From Bdellovibrionia bacterium (GTDB lineage Bacteria; Bdellovibrionota; UBA1018): a stretch of 23,151 nt of DNA. This document shows, one piece after another, positions 8,413 through 16,508 of this stretch. The stretch lies in the NCBI GenBank assembly GCA_045805065.1, contig JBJMMA010000030.1, positions 1 to 23,151 on the forward strand, given 5' to 3'. The first letter of the stretch is position 1, and each line of letters starts with the position of its first letter. The translations under genes were made by a program, and so were the position numbers. The notes below the pieces were generated by a model. That model was not told where the DNA came from. It worked only from the letters and a program-made list of their open reading frames with translations, and searched no databases.

Positions 8413-9861
8413 TTATTCGACTTCGGGAGCGTCTTTCTTTTCGAGCTTTCGATAGATCGTTCGCGAGTTGATTCCCAGAAGCTTCGCGGTCATGTTCTTA
8501 TCGCCTGAGGTTGCTTCCAAAGTCTTGCGGATCAGAAGATCCTCAACGTCCTTGAGAGGCGTTCCCAACGGAACCGTGATGGCAGCCTGAGCCTGTCCTG
8601 ACGCTGTCGTGCTCTCAGTCCCAAAAGTATTTGAGGCCTTTTCAGCCCGCTTGGCAAGATCCAGAAGATGCGGCGGAAGATCGCGCGCCAGGAGAAGCGA
8701 TCCTTGAGCAAAGACGACACCGCGCTCAACCACGTTTCCAAGCTCACGTACGTTTCCAGGCCAGGTATGCGCCAGAAGCGCTTCCATGGCCTCATCTTCG
8801 ATTCCATCAACCGGCTTGCCGTGGCGTCCAGAAGCCAGCTTCAAGAAATGATAAGCAAGATCCGGAACATCTTCCATTCGATCACGCAGCGGTGGAATCT
8901 GAACTGCGATCACCTCCAGGCGATAGAGCAAATCCTGGCGGAAACTTCCCGTTCGGACATTTTCTTTCAGGTCACGATGCGTTGCCGCGATCACACGCAC
9001 ATTGATCTTCTTGGAAGTCGTCGCGCCCACGCGCCTGACTTCGCCCTCTTGAAGCGTTCTCAATAGCTTGGCCTGAAGGGCGATCGGCATGTCGCCGATT
9101 TCATCGAGAAAAAGAGTTCCTTCATGAGCGGCCTCAAAGAGACCTTCCTTTGCGGTCGTTGCTCCGGTGAAGGCACCCTTCTCAAATCCAAAGAGCTCGG
9201 ACTCAATCAGCTGCTCAGGCACGGCTGCGCAGTTGATGGCAATGAAGCGTCCCTTGGCGCGCGAGCTTTGATCATGAATGCAACGAGCAATCAATTCTTT
9301 TCCGGTACCGCTCTCGCCGGTGATCAGCACGGTTGCCGCGGTCGGAGCCACCTGGCGGATCATGGCCTGAAGCGCGTTCATCGCGCCTGAATTGCCGACA
9401 AGGGATCCAAATTTATCGCCCTGAGCCTGCGCCGCCTGGGTTTGCGCTGAGCGTGCAGGCGCGCGATTTCGCGAACGCTTGAGCGCCATTTCAACTGCGG
9501 ACAAAAGCGCCTGCCTTTTGAATGGCTTGGTCAGAAAATCCACCGCGCCAAACTTCATCGCCCACACGGCTTCTTCAATGCGGCCAAAGGCCGTCATGAG
9601 AATCACCGGCGTACCATCTCCGCAAAGCGAGAGAGCGCGCAAAAACTCAAGGCCACCCAAACGAGGCATGCGGACGTCCGTGAGAATCAAGTCAAAGCCC
9701 ACACGAGGCTTATCCGCGCTTCCCCTCACCTGATCCAGCGCTGCCTGGCCGTCACAAGCGGTCGTCACGTCATAATCTGAAAGCTCAAGAATCTTGCGAG
9801 TGGATTCCAGCGCCTGGGCATCATCATCAACCAAAAGAATTCTGCTTTTTGACGTCAACAT
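8413..9861 (-). CDS. Sigma-54-dependent response regulator, NtrC family (REC-AAA+-Fis HTH)
   Basis: LLVDDD/DVRMP/KPF receiver, GESGTGKE Walker A, GAFTGA, FLDEIG, WPGNVREL, C-terminal TAKLLGINSRTIYRKL. Confidence 0.97.
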   Translation of the reverse strand: MLTSKSRILLVDDDAQALESTRKILELSDYDVTTACDGQAALDQVRGSADKPRVGFDLILTDVRMPRLGGLEFLRALSLCGDGTPVILMTAFGRIEEAVWAMKFGAVDFLTKPFKRQALLSAVEMALKRSRNRAPARSAQTQAAQAQGDKFGSLVGNSGAMNALQAMIRQVAPTAATVLITGESGTGKELIARCIHDQSSRAKGRFIAINCAAVPEQLIESELFGFEKGAFTGATTAKEGLFEAAHEGTLFLDEIGDMPIALQAKLLRTLQEGEVRRVGATTSKKINVRVIAATHRDLKENVRTGSFRQDLLYRLEVIAVQIPPLRDRMEDVPDLAYHFLKLASGRHGKPVDGIEDEAMEALLAHTWPGNVRELGNVVERGVVFAQGSLLLARDLPPHLLDLAKRAEKASNTFGTESTTASGQAQAAITVPLGTPLKDVEDLLIRKTLEATSGDKNMTAKLLGINSRTIYRKLEKKDAPEVE

Positions 9862-11966
9862 GGAAGACCTACCTCTTGCGCTGAGCTTACTTCAGATGAG
9901 CTTGCCTCAATGGAAGCGTATGTACTTGGCATTGCGATCTCAAAGCAAGCTCCAGCTTGAGTTTCCATGCACTCCAGTGAGCCCGCATGCTCTTCGATAA
10001 CGCGTTTCACAAATGAGAGTCCAAGGCCAGTTCCCTGAGCCTTTGTCGTCACAAACGGCACAAAGAGTTTGGCGCGCACTTCGGCAGGAATTCCTGGACC
10101 ATTGTCCTGAATTCTCAACCAGACGCGTCCGCCTTCCGTATTGCCCATCAGAATCTCAATTCGCTTCTGACCTGAAACACTTTCCAAAGCCTGAAGCGAG
10201 TTCTTGAAAAGATTGCCAAGCGCCTGCTCCAATAGATCCGCATCCCCCTGGATGTGAAGATCCGCGCGAGCCTCGCGCTTCCAATCGACTTCCACGCGTT
10301 GAGCTTCGCAGACCGGAGAATAGGTCGCGAGAACCGTCTCGACGATCTCGCCCAGATTCACGCGCTTCTTTTCGCCCGTCGATAGCTTCGAGAGCTTGAG
10401 ATAGTTGTCAGTGATTTTTTCCAGGCGATCCACCGAGCCCAGAATCGATTGAAGCGATTGCTTGAGCGAAATATTGCCCAGCTTGCTTGCCATCTCCGCA
10501 GCCATCTCCGCCTCAAGGCCGATTGAGTGAAGCGGGTTGCGAACCTCATGCGCCACTTGCGCAGACATTCTGCCCACGGCTGCCATGTTTTCAGCGCGTC
10601 TCAAGCGCTCCTGAAGATCCATTTCATCCGTCAGATCGTCCAATACCCAGATTGCGCCGCCTGCGCGCTCTTCTTCGGATTTGAGTGGCATGAGGTGGCC
10701 GCCATAAATTCTTCCTTCCAGAGCCTTGAGCGCGTCACTCGCGCTGCTTACATCATGGGCCTGGGTCATTTGAGAAGGTCTCAAAGAGCAGCGACTGCTT
10801 CCCAGATTGAACTTCAAGGTTTCAAGCCAGGCGTCAGCCTCAGGATAAAGTTCAAGGACCGCCCGAATCTTGCCCCACTCGGCATAATGCTTTCCACGGA
10901 TCATCTCCGCAGGCGCCTGAAGCCAGCGCTCGGTGACTGGGTTGCATTGCGTGATGCGACCTTCGAGGTCGGTCACAATCAGCACGCCTTCGATGCTGTT
11001 GAGAACGTTTTCGTTCAACTCGCCCAGGCTTCTCAAAAGACTGTTCTGCTCCAGAAGCCTGTGCTTCTGTGCATCGACCATTTTCTCACGCTCCAAAAGC
11101 GCAGTGGCCATATTGTGAAACTCGCGAGCCAGGGCGCTGACTTCGTCGTTTCGCTGAAGCGGAATTTCCGGAAAAAGATTCTTATCACCCTTCTTGAGTC
11201 CACGGCGAGTGATCTCGCGAGCCAGACGCGTGAGCTCATTGAGAGGGCGCAGGGCGCGCTCGCCCAGCCATAAAAGAAGAAGCGAGAGCGACACGACCGC
11301 AAGCAGGATCAACTCAAGACCCGTGCGAAGCTCAATGACACGACTTTCGGCGAGCGAGAAATTCTGGCGGAAAGCGCGATCATACTCATTGGCCCCCCAC
11401 TGAAGCTGGCGCTTCCACTCATCCATCTGCTGCATCCACTGCGCGTAAGCACGCGTGGCGGAGGGTTCATCTTTTTGAGCAAGCGCGGTTTCAAGTCTCT
11501 GAGATTCAGCTTTGAGTTGTGTGAGCTCATCGGTGACGTTGGCCACCCATTGCTTCCAACGATCGCGCGACTCGCGAGACAGTGCTGCTCCTCCGCTCGT
11601 TGCAGAGTGCGCATTGATCAGTTCGACCGCGCGAGTGATCTCACTCTCCAAAACATCCGTCACCCACTTGGGAACAGTTCGCGCACGCCAGTGAGGATCC
11701 TTCCAGTGCGTTGCACCGAGACTTCTCTCAAACTCGCGATGATAAAGATCAGCATCGACCTGGATCTGAACAAAGAGGCGCCCCAGCGGAACCGAAACGC
11801 GGTTCGTGACATCGAGGATCTGATTGACCTCAGTGATTCTCACCAAGCTGATGGTCGAGCCCAGGACCGACAAAATGACAAGCGCACCCACAAAAGCCAA
11901 AATCCGGCTTCTCAGTGAACGTGTCCCCTTCGATTCTTTGGTGGCCTCTCTCGCGTGAACGCTCAT
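9855..11966 (-). CDS. Membrane sensor histidine kinase (periplasmic sensor, HAMP, PAS-like, HisKA, HATPase)
   Basis: Two TM segments, HAMP (LRPL..L..DEVSALAREFHNM), AHEVRNPL H-box, N-box, DNGPGI, GTGLGL. TAAGGA RBS; overlaps the start of the response regulator. Confidence 0.96.
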   Translation of the reverse strand: MSVHAREATKESKGTRSLRSRILAFVGALVILSVLGSTISLVRITEVNQILDVTNRVSVPLGRLFVQIQVDADLYHREFERSLGATHWKDPHWRARTVPKWVTDVLESEITRAVELINAHSATSGGAALSRESRDRWKQWVANVTDELTQLKAESQRLETALAQKDEPSATRAYAQWMQQMDEWKRQLQWGANEYDRAFRQNFSLAESRVIELRTGLELILLAVVSLSLLLLWLGERALRPLNELTRLAREITRRGLKKGDKNLFPEIPLQRNDEVSALAREFHNMATALLEREKMVDAQKHRLLEQNSLLRSLGELNENVLNSIEGVLIVTDLEGRITQCNPVTERWLQAPAEMIRGKHYAEWGKIRAVLELYPEADAWLETLKFNLGSSRCSLRPSQMTQAHDVSSASDALKALEGRIYGGHLMPLKSEEERAGGAIWVLDDLTDEMDLQERLRRAENMAAVGRMSAQVAHEVRNPLHSIGLEAEMAAEMASKLGNISLKQSLQSILGSVDRLEKITDNYLKLSKLSTGEKKRVNLGEIVETVLATYSPVCEAQRVEVDWKREARADLHIQGDADLLEQALGNLFKNSLQALESVSGQKRIEILMGNTEGGRVWLRIQDNGPGIPAEVRAKLFVPFVTTKAQGTGLGLSFVKRVIEEHAGSLECMETQAGACFEIAMPSTYASIEASSSEVSSAQEVGLPC

Positions 11967-12012
11967 TTAAATCCTTACTTCTAGCTTCGCATAAAACAGA
12001 ATGGAAGGCACC

Positions 12013-12054
12013 AAAAGGTGGTCGCCTCCTTTTGGTAGCGCAGGTGCGTCATAA
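12013..12054. repeat. Left arm of 42-bp inverted repeat
   Basis: aaaaggtggtcgcctccttttggtagcgcaggtgcgtcataa; its reverse complement is at 12274-12315 with 3 mismatches. Confidence 0.95.
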
Positions 12055-12207
12055 TTGCCGAAACTTAAGCAAATCAAAATGGATTAGGTTTTCAGATAAA
12101 AGCCCTCGTTGTGACTTCCTGTCACATTCCCAATCGGCATCCTGCCTGGGAACGACTCGGGTTTTATTTGAAAACCTAATCCATTTTGATTTGTTCAGTT
12201 TCCGCAA
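12055..12207. repeat. ~50-bp stem hairpin with Y-shaped top
   Basis: Perfect 25-bp core caaatcaaaatggattaggttttca (12070-12094) pairs with 12169-12193. Apical stems are tgtgac/gtcaca and ttccca..ggca/tgcc..tgggaa. Confidence 0.95.
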
Positions 12208-12273
12208 TGACCACGGCAATACTATCCACAGTAGGCGATCACCTTCCGTAATTACCCTTTGGAGCGGGCGTCT

Positions 12274-12315
12274 TTATGACGCAGATGCGCTACAAAAAGG
12301 AGGCGACCACCTTTT
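12274..12315. repeat. Right arm of 42-bp inverted repeat
   Basis: ttatgacgcagatgcgctacaaaaaggaggcgaccacctttt, followed by a tandem second copy of accacctttt. Confidence 0.95.
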
Positions 12316-12323
12316 ACCACCTT

Positions 12324-12704
12324 TTAAGAATGGCAAACTGCTTCGATGTTGTGTCCGTCGGGGTCAAGGACGAAGGCGCCGTAGTAGTTTTCGTGGTAGT
12401 GCGGGCGCGGGCCGGGAGCTCCGTTATCTTTTCCGCCAGCCGCGAGCGCTGCTTTGTAGAACTCATCGACCTGTTTGCGATTCTCGGCTCGAAAGGCGAC
12501 ATGAACCCTTGGCTCGTTGGGCGCACCCTCGATTACCCAAAAATCGGGTTTCGGCGGCACACCAAAGCCCATGACGACCAGGCCTTCGGTGAATTGCTTG
12601 GGCACTTCCATCATCAGCTTGTAGCCCAGCGGGGCAAGCGCCTTCTCGTAAAACGCGCGACTCTTCTCCGGATTGCTCACTTCAAGGCCAGTATGATCGA
12701 TCAT
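12324..12704 (-). CDS. VOC family (glyoxalase/bleomycin resistance) protein
   Basis: MIDHTGLEV..SRAFY..HVAFRA..GGKDNGAPGPRPHYHENYYGAFVLDPDGHNIEAVCH. Confidence 0.96.
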   Translation of the reverse strand: MIDHTGLEVSNPEKSRAFYEKALAPLGYKLMMEVPKQFTEGLVVMGFGVPPKPDFWVIEGAPNEPRVHVAFRAENRKQVDEFYKAALAAGGKDNGAPGPRPHYHENYYGAFVLDPDGHNIEAVCHS

Positions 12705-12714
12705 AGGCTCGAGT

Positions 12715-13404
12715 TTACAGTCGTCGCGAAATTCCTAAAAGACCAAAAAAGCTGAGCGCGATGATCACAGGAGGGGCCGAGCCGTACCACATCGCCGGGC
12801 ACCAGGGCCCTACCTTGAAGCGATACCAAAGCACGTAAACCAAAACAGCCCCTACGGCTGAAAGAACATAGCGAGGAGTCGTCAAAGGCACGAGCCTGCG
12901 GCCGATGATGCACTCGGAACCGGTCTCACGCGCCAGGCGCTGAGCCACTTCGATGATTTCAGCCTGATCAGTGGAGAATCGCCCCGGAGTCACTCTTTTG
13001 CCGTTCTTGAGCTGGATCACCAGGTGGTGGGTCACGACTCCTCGGTGCGCACTTCCAATGGTTGCGACCTGAACCGCTGAGATCTCATCATATGGCACGA
13101 CAGAGGAACTTTTTGTCAGGCGCCCTTTTTTCAGGATCACAAGACTGCGGATCGAAGAATCCACCCGGATGATCGTATCTTCAAAAAAAAGATAAGTTCC
13201 AACCGCCACAGAGAGCAAAAGTATCCCGAGCCAATAAGCTGCCAGGGTGTTGGGCGAATCCTGCACGCGACTTCGCGTCAGGTAGATCACGGCCATTCCC
13301 AATGCACCCAATCCTGCAAGGTAGCCCCTGAGAAGTTTTGAGTTGGATTGGATCGTCCAAAAAGACTGAAGTGAAGACTTTGTCGGAGCTTCGTTCACCG
13401 CCAT
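12715..13404 (-). CDS. Hypothetical membrane protein (2 TM, soluble beta/PH-like segment, 2 TM)
   Basis: 229 aa with four hydrophobic segments; ends 10 nt before the VOC gene. Confidence 0.8.
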   Translation of the reverse strand: MAVNEAPTKSSLQSFWTIQSNSKLLRGYLAGLGALGMAVIYLTRSRVQDSPNTLAAYWLGILLLSVAVGTYLFFEDTIIRVDSSIRSLVILKKGRLTKSSSVVPYDEISAVQVATIGSAHRGVVTHHLVIQLKNGKRVTPGRFSTDQAEIIEVAQRLARETGSECIIGRRLVPLTTPRYVLSAVGAVLVYVLWYRFKVGPWCPAMWYGSAPPVIIALSFFGLLGISRRL

Positions 13405-13488
13405 GTCATCAGTTTATCCGCCATTCGCTCTCACCTCAAAGCGCGAAGAGCGAACTGAGCGAAAAAGCGGCGCGAATGGACTTTCTTG

Positions 13489-14031
13489 TTACTTCAGTTT
13501 TTTAAACGTTCCTTGAAGGACATCATAAACCGTCTCGTCGCTCTCGAGAATCTCATCGCAAGTGTAGCTGCCCCAAGCATCGCTATGACAGCTTTCCTGG
13601 GCGGGAATATGAACGATGCGATGGCCCTTCACGACCGAAACAGTAAGTTCATCGCCTTTTTGTTGAAACTCCAGGGTCACAATCTGACCTTCAACTGGGC
13701 AGTTTCCAGGAGAAAGCTCGAAGTAAGCGTCAGTTACATACGCCAGAGGATCGAGAGTGACTCCTGCCAATTTACCGATTTCTGATCCGCAGCCCACGCC
13801 CAGCAAGTCATGACCTGCCACATTGGTATAGGTCAGAACCGGAGTAGCTCCATCAAACTGAAGCAAGATTTCGCTCGGCACGCCGTTAAAGTCACCTTGA
13901 TAGGTTCCGGCCAGGGTCTTAGCGGCATCCAAGTACTCAGCCGGTACCTTGCCTTCGGGAGTTTTGACTGTCTTGCAGGCAGACAATGCCAAAACCAAAA
14001 ACAATGACAAAATAAACTGAGTGAATTTCAT
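13489..14031 (-). CDS. Lipoprotein, paralogue of 14096-14644
   Basis: Lipobox LSAC after a hydrophobic signal; GGAGAG RBS. Confidence 0.9.
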   Translation of the reverse strand: MKFTQFILSLFLVLALSACKTVKTPEGKVPAEYLDAAKTLAGTYQGDFNGVPSEILLQFDGATPVLTYTNVAGHDLLGVGCGSEIGKLAGVTLDPLAYVTDAYFELSPGNCPVEGQIVTLEFQQKGDELTVSVVKGHRIVHIPAQESCHSDAWGSYTCDEILESDETVYDVLQGTFKKLK

Positions 14032-14082
14032 AAGGCTCTCCGATTAAAACTGAGTTTTGGCGTATTTAACCGGAGAGGCCTT
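14032..14082 (-). promoter_or_regulatory. Hairpin sequestering the RBS of the downstream lipoprotein
   Basis: mRNA aagg-c-ctctccggttaaa ... tttaatcggagag-cctt-ATG: about 17 bp with one bulge and one G-U. Confidence 0.6.
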
Positions 14083-14095
14083 CAAAATCTATGAT

Positions 14096-14644
14096 TTAGT
14101 TTTTCTTTTCAAACTTGCCGCTAATGTAGTCATCCACTTTCACCCAAGAGCCTGGGAAGTGAACGCAATGCATTTGGCCGTGACCGTCCATATTGCAGCT
14201 CGTATCACCTGGCGTGTGCTCCATGCGATGGCCTTTGATGATTTTAACGTAAACTAAGATGCCATCCGATTTTTGCTTAATCCCAAGATACACAGAGCGG
14301 CCTTCAATCTGGCATTTGCCAGGAGAGAAAGCGAAAACTGCTTCGCCAAGCTTCTCATCCATAGAAACGTCGATCTGGGTGAGCGTTCCAATTTCGGATC
14401 CGCAACCTGGGCCAAGCAGGTCATGACCAGAAGCATCGGTGTAAGTCACGACCGGTGTTGCGCCATCAAAGGCCAGCGAAATTTCGCCCGATACTCGATT
14501 GAACTCACCTTTGTAAGTTCCTGCCAGAGTTTTTGCGGTCTCGAGATACTCTGCTGGAATTTTCCCGTCTGGCGTTTCGACGGTTTTGCAGGCCGAAAGA
14601 CCCAAGACCAAAAACAAAGACACGACTGCGTGATTCAGTTTCAT
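14096..14644 (-). CDS. Lipoprotein, paralogue of 13489-14031
   Basis: Start moved to ATG 14644 (MKLNHAVVSLFLVLGLSAC) with AGGGGG RBS; aligns end to end with its neighbour. Confidence 0.9.
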   Translation of the reverse strand: MKLNHAVVSLFLVLGLSACKTVETPDGKIPAEYLETAKTLAGTYKGEFNRVSGEISLAFDGATPVVTYTDASGHDLLGPGCGSEIGTLTQIDVSMDEKLGEAVFAFSPGKCQIEGRSVYLGIKQKSDGILVYVKIIKGHRMEHTPGDTSCNMDGHGQMHCVHFPGSWVKVDDYISGKFEKKN

Positions 14645-14687
14645 AGTGATCCCCCTAATGGATTCTTTTGAGCAAAACCAGGCGTTG

Positions 14688-14703
14688 AGCAAAGAATATG
14701 CCG
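14688..14703 (-). promoter_or_regulatory. Sigma-54 (-24/-12) promoter for the lipoprotein pair
   Basis: CGGCATATTCTTTGCT versus consensus TGGCACG-N4-TTGCW, with exact GG/GC spacing, about 44 nt upstream of the ATG. Confidence 0.65.
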
Positions 14704-14807
14704 TGCAAAACCCTCGTAAAACCGAGCTCTGCACGGCCCCTGTGGGGACAGGTAACGTTTTGACTCGGTTTTCAGAGCCACAGTGTCATCGCTCTGTGCG
14801 CCACGAC

Positions 14808-15617
14808 TCAGTACTCGATCGTGAGATAATCGTTTGGCTCGGTGAGCGCCCGGATAGGATCGATGATGAGCTTAACCGGATTTCCGTTATTAATATCTCG
14901 CAAGAGATTATTCATGGCATCGCATGCATCTCTTTTAGGGAGCACTCTCCGAATCTTTTCTGGCAAGCTTAAAGAAGCAGCAACGCTCGGATTAAAGGAC
15001 AACCAAAGCGACGCATTGCTGTGCGTAGTTTTGCAATACAATATCACTTGATACGATGCCCCACTCCTCTCATCGATACTGTCCCCGATCCAATCATACG
15101 GATTTTGCTTAACGCTAACAACTTTCAAGACTCGCACGCGAGCCGATGGAGCAGGTGGAATTGGAGTCGATCCGGAAGGCGCCTTGAGAAGCTGAACGAT
15201 ACGCAAAGAAAACGTGTACTCCGAATCATCCACGCCTACAAATCGAAGGTACTCATGAAGAACCAGCAGCTGCTTTTGCTGAGGGTTCAAAATCATCCAG
15301 GACGAGTTGCTGAAAATGATCAGCTTTTGCACAGGACTATTGATCGCCATGCGCGGCTGATCCTCAATGGTGACCGGCTTATCGGTACCAAGGATTCGTA
15401 CCTCATTGAGAGCTACGTCTAAACGAATCAGCTCAAACCCGATTTGATCAGCTCTCAAGCCCTTGGCCTTGATCTCATCGCGAGTCTGGTAGCCAAGCTG
15501 TTTGAACTCAGCTTCAAACACATTGCCGCCTCCCCGATCCTTTCCAGCAAACGCGGTAGCGCTCAATGAGAGCGCGACTGCAACCAGGGCCATTCTTTTT
15601 AATACAAACTGAATCAT
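14808..15617 (-). CDS. Secreted protein with N-terminal GKDRGGG motif
   Basis: Signal peptide ..ATAFA-GKDRGGGN; LVLHEYLR motif; ATGA overlap with the upstream HTH gene. Confidence 0.85.
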   Translation of the reverse strand: MIQFVLKRMALVAVALSLSATAFAGKDRGGGNVFEAEFKQLGYQTRDEIKAKGLRADQIGFELIRLDVALNEVRILGTDKPVTIEDQPRMAINSPVQKLIIFSNSSWMILNPQQKQLLVLHEYLRFVGVDDSEYTFSLRIVQLLKAPSGSTPIPPAPSARVRVLKVVSVKQNPYDWIGDSIDERSGASYQVILYCKTTHSNASLWLSFNPSVAASLSLPEKIRRVLPKRDACDAMNNLLRDINNGNPVKLIIDPIRALTEPNDYLTIEY

Positions 15618-16429
15618 AGATCACCTTTCGGGATTTCGATTGGAGTGAGTGGGAAAAACGATACTGCAAGCTGATAAACGGAATTGGCTTTGACGCTTTT
15701 TCTCTGAACAAAGGAAGTCAGCTCAAAGCGAAACTTTTTGATTCTTTCTTTGATCTCAGGAAGATCTGCCGCTTCGATCGCAAGCGTAGTTGAAGAGTGA
15801 TCACGATGCGCGCGCGGAATTTCTTCAAGCGCTTCCATGGAAAGCTCCAGAATTTGTTTTTGAAGCTTTCGAAGCGCCGCCGAAGTAATGTCATTGCTCA
15901 CGTTGGTCGTATTGTCGCGCGAGAGATCGATCCATTGATTACGCGGAGTGATCGACAGGAGCTCGAGGCGCTGAAGTCGCTCCACCGCTGTTTTGACCTG
16001 GGAAGCTTTAATGCCAAGCTTCGTGGCAATCCACTTGGGATCGCCTTTAAAGCCTTGAATATGAGTCAACTCCAGAATGGCGTCATGGTACCACTCGGAG
16101 ATGCTGATAAACGTATCGAGCGCGAGATTTTGGTAATGAGCGGAGTCAAGCGGAGGAGCTTCCGTTGCCTTTCCATCTAAATACAAGCTCGCCTCAGCCT
16201 GCGAAAGCTTGAGCGCCCCGCAGAGGCGCTGGATGGACTTGGAATTGAGCCCACGCTTTCCGGCAATGAGCCTGGAGAGCGTCGTATGATGAATGCCCAG
16301 CGACCTCGCAAAGGAGCGAAGCGAATAGCCGGGGTTCTTCTCGCAGCGACGGATCAGCTCCTGCTGCAAGTAACGCCGAAAATCGCGGCTCTCAAGCCCC
16401 GATGAATGTGGACCCTGCGTGGAATTCAT
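15614..16429 (-). CDS. TIGR02147/DUF4423 family HTH protein
   Basis: KNPGYSLRSFARSLGI..LSRLIAGKRGL (HTH), ISEWYHDAILEL, WIATKLGI, RDHSSTT, VYQLAVSFFPLT. Confidence 0.92.
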   Translation of the reverse strand: MNSTQGPHSSGLESRDFRRYLQQELIRRCEKNPGYSLRSFARSLGIHHTTLSRLIAGKRGLNSKSIQRLCGALKLSQAEASLYLDGKATEAPPLDSAHYQNLALDTFISISEWYHDAILELTHIQGFKGDPKWIATKLGIKASQVKTAVERLQRLELLSITPRNQWIDLSRDNTTNVSNDITSAALRKLQKQILELSMEALEEIPRAHRDHSSTTLAIEAADLPEIKERIKKFRFELTSFVQRKSVKANSVYQLAVSFFPLTPIEIPKGDL

Positions 16430-16431
16430 TA

Positions 16432-16466
16432 CTGTCGCTTATAGGCGACAGAGTAATGCATGGCAA
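16432..16466 (-). promoter_or_regulatory. Sigma-70-like promoter with a palindrome over the -10 box
   Basis: TTGCCA-N17-TATAAG, then 8 nt to the ATG. Palindrome CTGTCGC-TTATAG-GCGACAG at 16432-16451. Confidence 0.6.
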
Positions 16467-16508
16467 CCTATTTGGCACCAAAGTGGTGCCACCAGCCTGG
16501 CACCGCGA

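Larger units (their letters stand above)
12013..12315 (-). ncRNA. Highly structured non-coding element with retron msr-msd-like architecture (alternatively a REPIN/MITE-like element)
   Basis: Outer IR 12013-12054 / 12274-12315 (39/42 matches), inner IR 12055-12105 / 12159-12207, and small stems at 12210-12269. The structure is directly visible; identity and strand are inferred. Confidence 0.5.

Noticed and set aside
10527..11273. 248-aa plus-strand ORF
   Set aside because: Antisense shadow of the histidine kinase.
12013..12315. 6S RNA, tmRNA, RNase P, SRP or mini-CRISPR identity for the structured element
   Set aside because: No symmetric central bubble, tRNA-like ends or conserved motifs of those RNAs; the repeats are inverted, not direct with spacers.
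11915..12755. Plus-strand ORFs 11915..12574 and 12276..12755 as a transposase or RT for the structured element
   Set aside because: No YADD, HUH or DDE motifs; both overlap the clear VOC gene on the opposite strand.
13421..13479. Alternative pairings ttcgctct/agagcgaa and ccattcgc/gcgaatgg
   Set aside because: Only 8-bp stems and no U-tract; too weak to call a terminator or switch.
14645..14734. Upstream start of the 212-aa ORF
   Set aside because: Signal peptide, RBS and paralogue alignment all point to ATG 14644; the extension covers the sigma-54 box.
16461..16475. TGGCAACCTATTTGG as a sigma-54 promoter
   Set aside because: Lacks the -12 GC and points away from any plus-strand gene.
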